Below are positions 1 to 10,937 of a DNA stretch of 64,000 bases, piece by piece. The stretch is from positions 562,062-626,061 of the forward strand of contig NW_003314348.1 in NCBI RefSeq assembly GCF_000143415.4. The letters run 5' to 3'. Position numbers and translations under genes: made by a program. Positions within the stretch are counted from its first letter, which is position 1; each line of letters begins with the position of its first letter. Under the pieces are notes generated by a model, which searched no databases, was not told where the DNA came from, and was given only the letters and a program-made list of their open reading frames with translations. The stretch comes from Selaginella moellendorffii (taxonomy: Eukaryota; Plantae; Lycopodiophyta).

Positions 1-290
1 GATGGTGATATCCAACATAATTGTTTAAAGTTAAAATATTAGTACCTATATAATAACTTTGTTTATGAGGAATTTGTGTACGAATATGAGTCCATCTTAT
101 GGTCTTCACTTTATTTTCGATTGAGTGTTGATCATATATAGCTAGCCTCTTCAAAGCATGCTCAGAATTATTAGTTAAATACATTAGTGAGTTTATTATG
201 GTTGACTTGGATTCAAGTGGTCATTTAGTTTGTGCTTGTTTATGAACCTTTATTTCATCTTGGGGTATTATATTCATATATAAACATATA
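1..290. repeat. Dispersed TE-like repeat; inverted homolog of 61575-61861
   Basis: gatggtgatatccaacataattgttt...tggtcatttagtttgtgcttg aligns with the reverse complement of 61575-61861 (gatggtgatgtccaacttagttgttt...tggtcatttagtttgtgcttg). Confidence 0.85.
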
Positions 291-513
291 TATACATATA
301 CATACATACATATATATATATATGTATATATATACATATATATGTATATATATGTATATATATGTATATATATGTATATGTATGTATATGTATATGTGTG
401 TATGTATATGTATGTATATACACACATATATACATATACATACATATATATATATATATACATACATATATATATATATACATACATATATATATATATA
501 CATATATATATAG

Positions 514-608
<95 letters not shown>

Positions 609-655
609 CACACACACATACACACACACATACATATATATGTATATATATATAG
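275..655. repeat. Compound (TA)n/(CA)n/(TG)n microsatellite
   Basis: Directly visible; it generates the spurious YIYI ORFs. Confidence 0.98.
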
Positions 656-867
656 ACACTAACATTAAAGTGTTCACACCGCCCCAATTGATCTAGTGTG
701 TACGTACAAACCTTTTTTTAAAAACAGAACAAGAGGCCTCACATAAATCTCTCTATTTGGCCAGATATACGATTAAGTTGATATCTAGTTACACCAATTG
801 ATACCACAGGGTCCCCACACATTTTCACCCAAACAGGTGACCCTCTTTGTATTTTTTTAGAAATGTG

Positions 868-1191
868 NNNNNNNNNNNNNNNNNNNNNNNNNNNNNNNNN
901 NNNNNNNNNNNNNNNNNNNNNNNNNNNNNNNNNNNNNNNNNNNNNNNNNNNNNNNNNNNNNNNNNNNNNNNNNNNNNNNNNNNNNNNNNNNNNNNNNNNN
1001 NNNNNNNNNNNNNNNNNNNNNNNNNNNNNNNNNNNNNNNNNNNNNNNNNNNNNNNNNNNNNNNNNNNNNNNNNNNNNNNNNNNNNNNNNNNNNNNNNNNN
1101 NNNNNNNNNNNNNNNNNNNNNNNNNNNNNNNNNNNNNNNNNNNNNNNNNNNNNNNNNNNNNNNNNNNNNNNNNNNNNNNNNNNNNNNNNNN
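868..1191. other. Assembly gap (N run)
   Basis: Continuous N characters. Confidence 1.
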
Positions 1192-1739
1192 AAAAGGGGC
1201 GTCACAAATTATACTTCAACTCAACATCGTCACACTTCATGTCTCCACGTCAACTCTATCAGCATCCATTTATCTTTTATTACTCAACTTGTGACACATG
1301 TTGCCTTCTACATTTACGTCGTACAGTAGAACCAATTTTCATTTTTTATGACAACTGTCATACACACCTATATGCACAAGATGAGGCAGACTTAGTTGTG
1401 TATATAGGTGATTTCGAGCTTGAGTTGCAATCATCGCGAGTGGTGTTAAGTCAAGTTTTTGACTTCATCCTTAGTATAAATTAGTTGTGGCCTAATCATG
1501 TCAAGTGTGACTTTAAGGTTTCTCCTCTTTGTCTCATACTTTGTTATATTTGTTTTATTCCTCTCATTGTTTTTACTTCTACTTCTATCACTTTTATCTC
1601 CCCATTACTTCTTCTTATGTTTCTATCTTGTTCCTCTTTTCTTTTTTCCAATCCCTCTAATGGTTTTTGTGTTGTAGCGATTGACCGTCGCATAAACGAG
1701 TATGCCAATCTTTTTGAATTTGACCTATCGTTTAAGGCC

Positions 1740-4700
1740 AAGATTGCAACATATAATCTTATTTCAACTGGGGATACTCATCCAATCAAAGTTGTTGTTT
1801 ATCATTGGTCATCTAAAGAGATCAAAATTTTATATACAAATGTCAAGGAAATGTTGGAAAATGGTGTTATTCAAAAGTCATGGAATCCTTGAACGTATGA
1901 ACCTCATCTTATAATAAAGCCTAATGGGAGTATTTTTTTCTATATCAACTATTATCCGTTAAATGAAGTGACGATCTTAAATATATACCCTCTTCTTCAT
2001 ACTGCTAATTTTTTGGATTGTCTAAGGAGAAATCAATGGTTCACCAAATTAGATTTTACTTTTAGTTATTGGTAAGTATCACTTGCCAAAGAAGATATTC
2101 CTAAGACTGCTTTTCATACATTGTTTGGTTTATACAAGTTTTTAGTGATGCCATTTAGTTTGAACAATGCTCTAACAACTTTCCAATAGATGATGAATAA
2201 GATTCTTTGTAATATGCCAGAAGTGCTATTAAATTCATTGATGATGTCTTGATCCATTCGAAAAGGATGTGGGAGGAACACATCCATGATATCATAAAGT
2301 TTTCAATTGGCTATGGGAAATTGGTTTAAAGCTAAAGCGGTCAAAATGCGTATTTAGGTCAAATGACACAAATTATCTTAGGTACCATATTTTCTTAAGG
2401 GTTTGTAAGTTGATTCTGACAAACTTATGGCTATTTTAAAATTCCCTACTCCGAAGTATGTGAATAATGTATAGTGCTTCTTAGGCAAGATGCAATACTT
2501 TGGTCATTTTGTTGATCATTTTTTTGATCGCATTACACCCGTTGCAAGTGTTGCTGAAATTGTCAATGCCATCTTTCATTTGGTCTGTAAATTGTGAGCA
2601 GGCATTTATAGATCTCAAAGAGTTATTGACGACTCCTTCAATTTTGGCATATTCTAATTACACTCAATCTTTCATTTTACCGATGCTTGTGATATTGGTC
2701 TTGGAGGTGTATTAATGCAAAAGAGCCCAAGCATACTTGGTCAACACTATCCTATTGCATATATCAACCATACATTATGAACTACTCCACGATAAATGAG
2801 TGTTTAGTAGCAATTTAGAGTTTTAAGAAACTTTATGCATATCTATATGGTTCTCAAACATTAAAAAAATGTGAACATGCTGCAGTTACTTCATTATTGA
2901 AGTGAAAGAACTTAGTTAATCATATTACTTAGTGAGCTTTGAAGCTTTAGATTTATGTTTTTAATGTTATTTATCACTTAGGGAGTTCTATGGCTAATGT
3001 TGATGTTCTTTCTCAAGCTCTTCTTCCTTTTTTGCTCTCTTCTCATGTTTTTAACAAGTCTTTTATTCAGTGTCCATAAGGTAAAAAGCAAAATTTACCT
3101 TTTCTTGACGAGGTTCGCAAAGCTCAAAAAATTGATCTATGGATTCTAAAACTTTGCGATAGGTTTGAGAATTTTGCATCACTTGTTAATGACTTGCCAT
3201 TTTGGCATTTACATTCTCAATACCACCTTGAAGATGGTTTTTTTTATTTTGTGGGGATGAATTTTGATGATCATTTATGACTGTTGGTGCTTTCAATCTT
3301 TATTCCATACTTTCTCCACATCTACCATGATTTTCTTATTTTATACGAGTATATAGGACATTGTTGTGTAATTGAGAAGTTGCACAAATCTTTCTATTAA
3401 CCGGAGATGCAATGTGATGTTATCTAGTTTATATGTAGTTGCATTTGATGCTAAGCTTGTAATACTCCCCCTCATGTAATGAAATGACGATGTAAACTAT
3501 AAATTTTTCCTTTCCAATTTAGTAGTTTACCTTATTTATTTGACTATCACTGCTTTGGCATTAATTAAGTTCCCTTGAGTGGCCCTTCTAGCACCACTCG
3601 AGTCCATGCTCACTCCCATCTAAGGCCCTTAAGCCCCAGTCTCAACTTTAAGTTAATTTGGAAACACCACTAGAGAGTTCCTTTAAAACTACTTCTTAAA
3701 CCTCACTATCCTTACTATACTCACTAAACTCACTCCGATGAAATTTTTATTATTTCGGTTATGGTTTTAGGGATCCTTTAGCCTACAATATCTTGGGGAG
3801 CTGATTCCTTACAGATGGTTAAAGTCAATTGTAATTTCCCTTCTATTTGAGTTAGTGGCATTTGATCTAATAGGGCCTTTTTCACAGTTGACTATTAACG
3901 ATGAGTATGTTATTATTGTTTTTGACTACTTGATTTGTTGGGTGGAAGTTGGTGCTCTTGCTAGTGCATTTGCCATTGCTATTAGATACTTCCTCCTCAA
4001 TCGAGTGGTGTTCTAACATTTCTATCTAAAGCAAATTTTTTTGGATAATGGTCTCGTATTTATAGCTAAGGTATTTCATGTTTTAATGTCTCAATTGGGG
4101 ATACGCCATGCTTTCACAAGTGCTTATCATCCACAGTCAAATAGTTTGATGGAATAGCTCATTTAGATCTTTAAAAGGATGATCACGAAGTACATAAACT
4201 TTTATCTTTCAAATTGGGATGGTTATTTACTGTTTTTTCTATATACATATTTCACAAGTGTGCAGAGTTCTATTGGTGCTTCACCATATAAACTTTTATA
4301 TAGTCATGATCCGATATTACTAACGGAGTTGAGTTTATCTTCCCGATTGCCATGAGTTAGGATCTTGGGATCTGTATTTAATGAACATTCTTCCACTTAT
4401 CTGAGTAAAGTTTGCTGAACACCTAAACTGCATATAAGTGGAACAACAATAGCGCTATAACTCCCATCATTGTCCTCCTATAGAGTACAAAGTGAATAAC
4501 TTGGTGTTAATCTGTTTTTCCAATCTTATGGTACATGGTTTGTCTAAAGGGCTTCTTCCTCAGTAGAAAGGATTGTATTAAGTGTTGCGGAAAATTGAAT
4601 TAAAATTTTATGAGGTTCAACATGACGTTTAACAAGCCAATCCTTCAAAAATTATACATATACAACAACTAAAACACTTTATACAAAGGGATCAAGAACC

Positions 4701-4811
4701 ATTGGCACCACCTACAAATCCACTGATGCCCCCTCCTAATGTTCTTCTAGATTCCGGCCCATTCACAAGAGAACCTTAACTATCTTCCATCATTCTAAAA
4801 GGAGGGGATGA
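1740..4811 (+). mobile_element. Degenerate Ty3/gypsy LTR retrotransposon pol (RT-RNaseH-integrase) with polypurine tract
   Basis: Interrupted frames give [70 protein letters not shown] and AYHPQSN in gypsy order. PPT aaaaggaggggatga at 4797-4811 is followed by TG. Many stops and frameshifts. Confidence 0.93.
3491..3813. mobile_element. Solo LTR-like insertion nested in the gypsy integrase
   Basis: TGTAA...TTACA termini with flanks GACGA/GATGG (degenerate 5-bp TSD). The segment is absent from the homologous copy near 58.1 kb. Confidence 0.75.
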
Positions 4812-4874
4812 TGTGAGGTTCACACATGGAAATATAATACATTTTTTGTTTTCTTAAGCAAACTTGTAGGGGGA

Positions 4875-5140
4875 CTAAGATGGTAATGAATATACCTAGA
4901 ATATGCTTGGATATTCTACCATCTAATGGTTGTTATTCATTTAGATTAATCTTGTATTTATAATTTTATAAACATATTTAAAATTTATAAACTTTCTTAA
5001 ACCCTTTCTAGTATATTCTTTTTGATTCTATCATCTAATGGTTGATATGAAATAAGATTAATGTTGTGTTTATAAATTACAAACATGTTTATAATTATAA
5101 ACTTTACTTGACCAATTGGATTAATAAGTAATAATAAAAT
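4875..5140. repeat. AT-rich dispersed repeat with internal tandem duplication; inverted homolog of 54310-54545
   Basis: The unit tattctaccatctaatggttg...agattaat..tg..tttataa occurs twice here and twice, reverse-complemented, at 54.3-54.5 kb. Confidence 0.85.
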
Positions 5141-6539
5141 TACTATTAAGCAAACCAAGCATTGCTACACTCTAAAATTTTAAAATTCTATATTTTAAAA
5201 TTCTTATTACTTGTTATTTTAACAATAGAAGATACTGGACACTTATTAATAATATTTTATAAGAATAGTTTAAAAATATAATTTTGAGAAATAATTAAAT
5301 TTTAAATTTTAAAATAATTTATTCAAATTTTACTATTTTAGAAAAATACATGGACTAAACATTCTAATATACTTGAATATAGCCCATTAATTGAGTATTG
5401 AAGCATTAACAATTGATGGTAAGAAACAATTTTTTGTAATAGGTTCATAATTCTTAATATTATTAATAAATATAATTTCTAATTTATATATTTGACATTT
5501 TCTAAATGTATAGAAAAATATATATTTTATAAAGGTGAAATTTTTTGTTTTTAATAATATAGAATTTACATTGTCATAACTCTAAAAGAAATCATTAAAT
5601 ATTTAGTGGAAAATTCTTGTACAGTGTTGGTGCGTTTTGGTTCTTTCAAATATACATTCTTTATTGATAATCAATCATAATTATCGTAATCATAATTTTA
5701 GTAAGAAATACAACAGTAAAACCATAGCTCGCAGCCATCCAATAGCATGCCCTGGTCGTTGGAAAACTTTGCTCTTGGCCAATGGGAGACTGGCACATCT
5801 TAGGTGCTCATTGGCTGTGCGAATTAAACAAGAATTTGACACTTGTCCGGTGCTCGCAGAGCAGCGCCAATCGCTCGTCGACTCACTCCACTTGCTACAA
5901 CCAAGAACATGTGCTTTTGATCTTCCCTGTTTTATTCTTCATGCATATAGAGGTTACCTCTCTTTTAGAACATACGTTCAAAAGCAGGCTTGAGAACCTG
6001 GTAGGTCACATACATACGTTGCTTCCATCCATCCGTTGCTCCTTTCCCTGCACAAAGGTCACCTTTGCAAACCAGTAGGTAAGTTACAAATATCATGGTC
6101 ATAAGTTGTAACTTGGAAGTGTCCCAGTGTTGTGGTGTTTCCATGTGAATTCCGCACTGTTAGTGGGATGATCTGAAATCCAAGTTATTCCACTTCAGGC
6201 AGCTAGGGGACATAGTAGGTTAGATGTGAGCGGGTGAAGTTGTACAAGCTTGCTGGCAACTTTGAGAGGGTTTGCCAACTGCCCAGCATTGCCATCATTA
6301 TTTCGTGACATCAGCAGTATCCAACGACTACATAGTTAAAAGTCCTATGCCCCAAGACTGTAAAACTAATATTACAATCGAAACTCAAGATATAAGACAC
6401 ACGTAAAACATGTGTAGGTACACACACACCTGCTACTGATGGTCGTTATGCAAGACTTTCAGCCCAAAAATTCTCCCTTGCTCTTGGTGAGTACGCTCCA
6501 GGGCCATGTCGGTGGTTACAATACAATGCATGCTCCCCA

Positions 6540-6543
<4 letters not shown>

Positions 6544-6573
<30 letters not shown>
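6544..6573. repeat. (CT)n microsatellite
   Basis: Visible. Confidence 0.95.
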
Positions 6574-6576
<3 letters not shown>

Positions 6577-8284
6577 CACATGGTGACAGACCTTTTCCTC
6601 TGCGTCTCTGCTGACGGCGCACATGAGATTGCCCTATCACCAAGTTGCATTCTCCATCTTTTATCCCCTGCGGGCAAAGAGAAGAAATTCTAAATGAAAC
6701 AAAACCCCACAAAAAAAGGGACAAAAAAAAAAAAAAGTCAAACCGCCACGGGACCCGGATGACCACACCATGCATGTTCGCCCCCGCCACCCTAGCAGCG
6801 CCCGTATCTTTGCGTGCTCTATGCAAATATGGCATCGCCACCTGCAAGACACCAACACGTGAATGCATGTCGTCTTGCCAAAACAGTTTCCATATTTTCA
6901 CCCCCAATTTCGGGGCACGATGACGTCCTTCCCTCTCTGTCTTTGCCAACAACAAGATCGTCTTCCCCGTACCACGCAGGATGACGCCGCGCGTCTTTAG
7001 CTTAAGTGCCGTGTGACAACGAAAAGCCAAGTTTGCTTCAATCGATATAAATGGGCAACACATTTGCTCCTACTTGTGCCTGTGGATCGACGAGTGCGTC
7101 TAGAAGACAGTGACAACAGCCGAGCTCGGGAATTTACGTCACGCACAGGCAGCAACCAGCCAGAGATAACTGCGGGCTTGTGGGCCGTGGCACACACTGC
7201 GTACACAACCAGCACGGCCGTACACCCATACATACAACTGCTGCTACGAACTGGGACCCCTCACTGATCAACAAACATGTGCTTCTCTGAGGAGCCTTGG
7301 CGTCATGCCGTACGCCACCTTATCCAGGCACTTTGCATTTTACGCCCACCGGTTTGTTACCCGACTCTTTTTACCTTTCACCTTTTTGATTTCACCGGCT
7401 ATATGCACTGTGCGGGATCACGGGGAGCTCCTGCGCTGGGCACCGTAGAGTCAAGCGGTCAAACAGGGGAGCGTGATCACGTGCATTGAGAAGTCGTAGC
7501 TAGGGATGGTTGGTTTAGGTTTTAAGGGGTAAATTATTTAGGTCACGGGGGTTTTAGGGTATCTCGCAAATGGGCTGGTCGCTGGATCAATCGTTACAAA
7601 TCCGCCGCGAAAGCCACATGGTCGCAGACAAGCCTCGTGCCCGGCATGGGAGGATGCATCCCCATGTGAGCTATCGACGTCCGGGTCTCCTCTGAGATTT
7701 TTGTTCCAAGTTCCAAGCTATTAAATAATCAATCGCTAAACTATGTGTAGATTCCGCAATGCAAGTTACAGAGAGGGACTTTGTCGCCGACAACGCAAGT
7801 GTGATTTTCGTGAGCATTCTTGTGCATGGGCATGGGGGTGGCGCTGCTGGCGTGAAAGCGCCACCACCGCCGCTTGGAAACCCATCCTTTTTTCCTCTTT
7901 TGTTTGAATGGCGTGCTTACTGTATTTTAAGTTTGATAGAAATATGAAGGCCAGGGAAGAAAGAAAATCTGGAGCTCCCTCCAAAGATTCGCATACCTAG
8001 GACCAGATCCAGTCAAATGCCTTTCCTTGTCCAAACCTCACAACACAGGGGGGCCGAGGACCTGGTCCTCTTATGACAAACCAGCAGGTGGTTTGTAAGA
8101 GGGAACAATAATCTGGGCCAACCGGGGCTCTCCACGTGGACCAACAGGAATTCGGCGATGCCCCCATGATGCCATCCATGGCGATGTCACCATGCCGCAT
8201 GACGGACGAGAAATGCGTATTTAAGCGCGCCGCGGAATGTGCTGTGATGGCGTCAGCTGATTCACTTTAATCTACTTTATCTGG

Positions 8285-8656
8285 TGACGTCACGGGGGAG
8301 CTGGCCCAGGTGGCATGGGACGTGGCCATGTCACACTCGCCCCAGCAATGGAGCTTCTTTTCGAGCGCAAAGGTCAAATCAAATTTCGACAGCTATCCAA
8401 CAAATGTTCCAAGTTGGCAAGGCTTTTTGTTAGGGCTAATCAATCATTTGTGGTGTATCTCTACAATACAAGGCCAATATACGTAAGCCTCAAACGTACA
8501 CACATGAAACGGGCCGCCACGTCATGCGGTCCCACCGCCAGTGTGACGTGGCCGATTCGTGAGCTATGGCTGGCATCATGCCCATGACCATATGATGTAG
8601 GCATGATGGCGGCATGCCATGGGCCGAAATTACCTCTTCACTTTCCGCGTATAAAA
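8285..8656 (+). promoter_or_regulatory. Putative glutaredoxin promoter: TGACG (TGA/bZIP) motifs and TATA box
   Basis: TGACGTCA 8285-8292, CCACGTCA 8517-8524, TGACGTGG 8544-8551, TATAAAA 8650-8656, followed by a CT-rich leader. Confidence 0.5.
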
Positions 8657-9279
8657 GCTGGTAAAACCAGGGGGGTAAAAACCCTCACAAGCACAAAGCC
8701 TTGTTCATTCGTCGTTCCTTCATTCATTTTCTTGGCGTTGGTTTTGGAGGAGGATCGATCCAGTTCAGGGGGAGCAAACTTTGGTGGTGTTGTCTCGGGG
8801 CGATGGATCTCGATCAATCAATCATCGGGCGGCGACTGGGAAATTGGGCCGAATTTGTTAGTTATATCTCGGATTGTGGGCTTACACAGCTAGTAGATTT
8901 CTCCTCTCTTCTCTTTATCTCTCTCGTCTAGACTCTCGTCTCTCCATCTCCATCTAGAGACTCTGAGTCTTTGCTCGTCTCCAGTTCTCGTTTGACTGGC
9001 CAATCCTCTGGGATCAGATCCCTTTGCCTTACCGTGCCCGGCTTGATTGACTGACCACTCCAAAGTCACCCAGCGTGTGTCGATTCCTCTCTTGGCTCTG
9101 TAAGGCCTCTATTCGCTCTCTCTTTAGAACAGCGGATGAAGAATTCTCCTTGCATGGTCTGGAAAGAATTGGATCAGATGCTTTAAGTATCCCTTGCATC
9201 CTGTCAAGATTTTCTCTCCTGTCCTCTCAGTGTTCTGATCTTCTAGTTCTCCCTACAACATCTCAGAGGAGGTGTGGCG

Positions 9280-9675
9280 ATGAACGAAGTGTCGAGCCAG
9301 AGCGCCATTGTGCTGCCGCTCATGGGCCATGCAGCGCCGGCCGAATCAACGTCTTCGTCGGCGGTGGAAGTAGTGGAGAAGCTGGCGGTGGAGAACGCGG
9401 TGGTGATCTTCAGCAGCAGTGGCTGCTGCATGAGTCATGTCGTCAAGAGGCTGCTGTGCGGATTGGGAGTGAATCCAGTGGTGTTCGAGCTGGACGAGGA
9501 GAAGAACGGGCCCGAGATCGAGAAGGCGCTGGCCAGATTCACAGGGATTTCCCAGGTGTCTCCCACTGTTTTCATCGGGGGTAAGCTCGTTGGTGGCTTG
9601 GATAAAGTCATGGCTTCTCATATCAGCGGCGAGCTTGTCCCCCAGCTCAAGGAAGCAGGGGCTCTGTGGCTATGA
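9280..9675 (+). CDS. ROXY: CC-type glutaredoxin (ROXY family), intronless
   Basis: CCMS active site, [11 protein letters not shown], and C-terminal [13 protein letters not shown] (L**LL-like plus ALWL motif). First ATG at 9280. Confidence 0.96.
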   Translation: MNEVSSQSAIVLPLMGHAAPAESTSSSAVEVVEKLAVENAVVIFSSSGCCMSHVVKRLLCGLGVNPVVFELDEEKNGPEIEKALARFTGISQVSPTVFIGGKLVGGLDKVMASHISGELVPQLKEAGALWL

Positions 9676-10937
9676 AAGAAAGTCCCAGAATCAAACGCCA
9701 CCATAAAGCAGCATAACATCAAACCACAAGAGAAGAGTGGAAAAAGCTTCTCAGCAAAGAGTGTGCCTCCAAAAGACTTGATTTCTCTTACTTTGTTTGT
9801 TTTCCCTGCTTTTATTTTCTTCTTTTTTTTTGTTTTCCTTTCGGGATCTCCTGACTTGTTAAATAGAGGCTGGGGGTAGTATTTCCCTTCTCATGTCCTC
9901 TCCCCTGTATCTCTTTTGCACTCCCAAGTGGGAATGGAATTTCATATGGTGGGATTTTCTCTGGCTGCTCTGGTTGGTGTAGCAGCAGGAGGGAGGATGG
10001 AATAGAATATTGGTTCCATTGGGGTGATATAATGGCTAGAATGTTTTGCTGTTTTGCAAAATATGGCTCCTTGGTGAATGCTGACATAGCTGTTGTATCT
10101 CTTTGCTTGTCAAGCGTAAGTGGAGTGGTGTCAAAACAAGAATGAAGGGATTGGAATTTCTCAGAGGCGCATAGCAATTATTATCAGGTTCTATACCCTT
10201 AGCATCTTTTTTTTTTTTTCTTTGTTTTTGGTAAAAGGAAGAACCCCATTTGTCAAGAAATGCAAAAAAAGGAAATGTGGTGTAAGAAAGTAGCAATTGC
10301 AAAGTGGGGACGTTTTACGGAGGATTGCAGGAAAACTGACGCAACAAGAAATGGACGTGCTGCTTTGTTTCGAGTGACCAAAATAAAAGCTTTGCGAAAA
10401 ACCTTGTAAGGAAAAGAATAAAGATCCAAAATGAATCGTCATCTTGACGACTTGCTGCTGAGTTGAGTGATCTTTTCGTGCCCGTCACCCCCGCGTCACA
10501 AAGACTTCGAAGGCAAACGTACAATAATTTTCCCAATTTCTCTTTTCACCCAGCAACACTCTGACCTTGCAGTTAAAATTGTCAAACCAACCTTCTCCTT
10601 TTTTACCTCGATGTGAGTTCATCTTTTTTTTTTAATTTCCATGATGCGTGCGTCATGATCCTCGCGCGATGCTCCTTTCGCAGGAGTCAAGATTTTTACA
10701 CATCCGCTGGTGGGGGCACACTCGCCAAGCCATGTTGCGCCGTGTGCTTGCGTTGCTGACTTCCACAGGGCGTGGAAATGAGAGGCCTTTTTAGAAACTT
10801 CGAGCACTGACCGATACACACTCGAGTGACATCAACAGCGAAGCTTTCTTTCTGCACCAACAGGATAAGAGGAAATCAGCCACAGCTCTAGAGAAAAGAG
10901 AAGAAAAAAAAAACACACTAAAAGTTGCCCACCTTAG

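Noticed and set aside
221-687. YIYIY-rich ORFs
   Set aside because: Translations of a TA/CA microsatellite.
825-1329. Poly-X ORFs
   Set aside because: Artefacts of the N gap.
5637-6430. Short ORFs and splice-like signals between the TE block and the glutaredoxin upstream region
   Set aside because: No recognisable motif or consistent reading frame.
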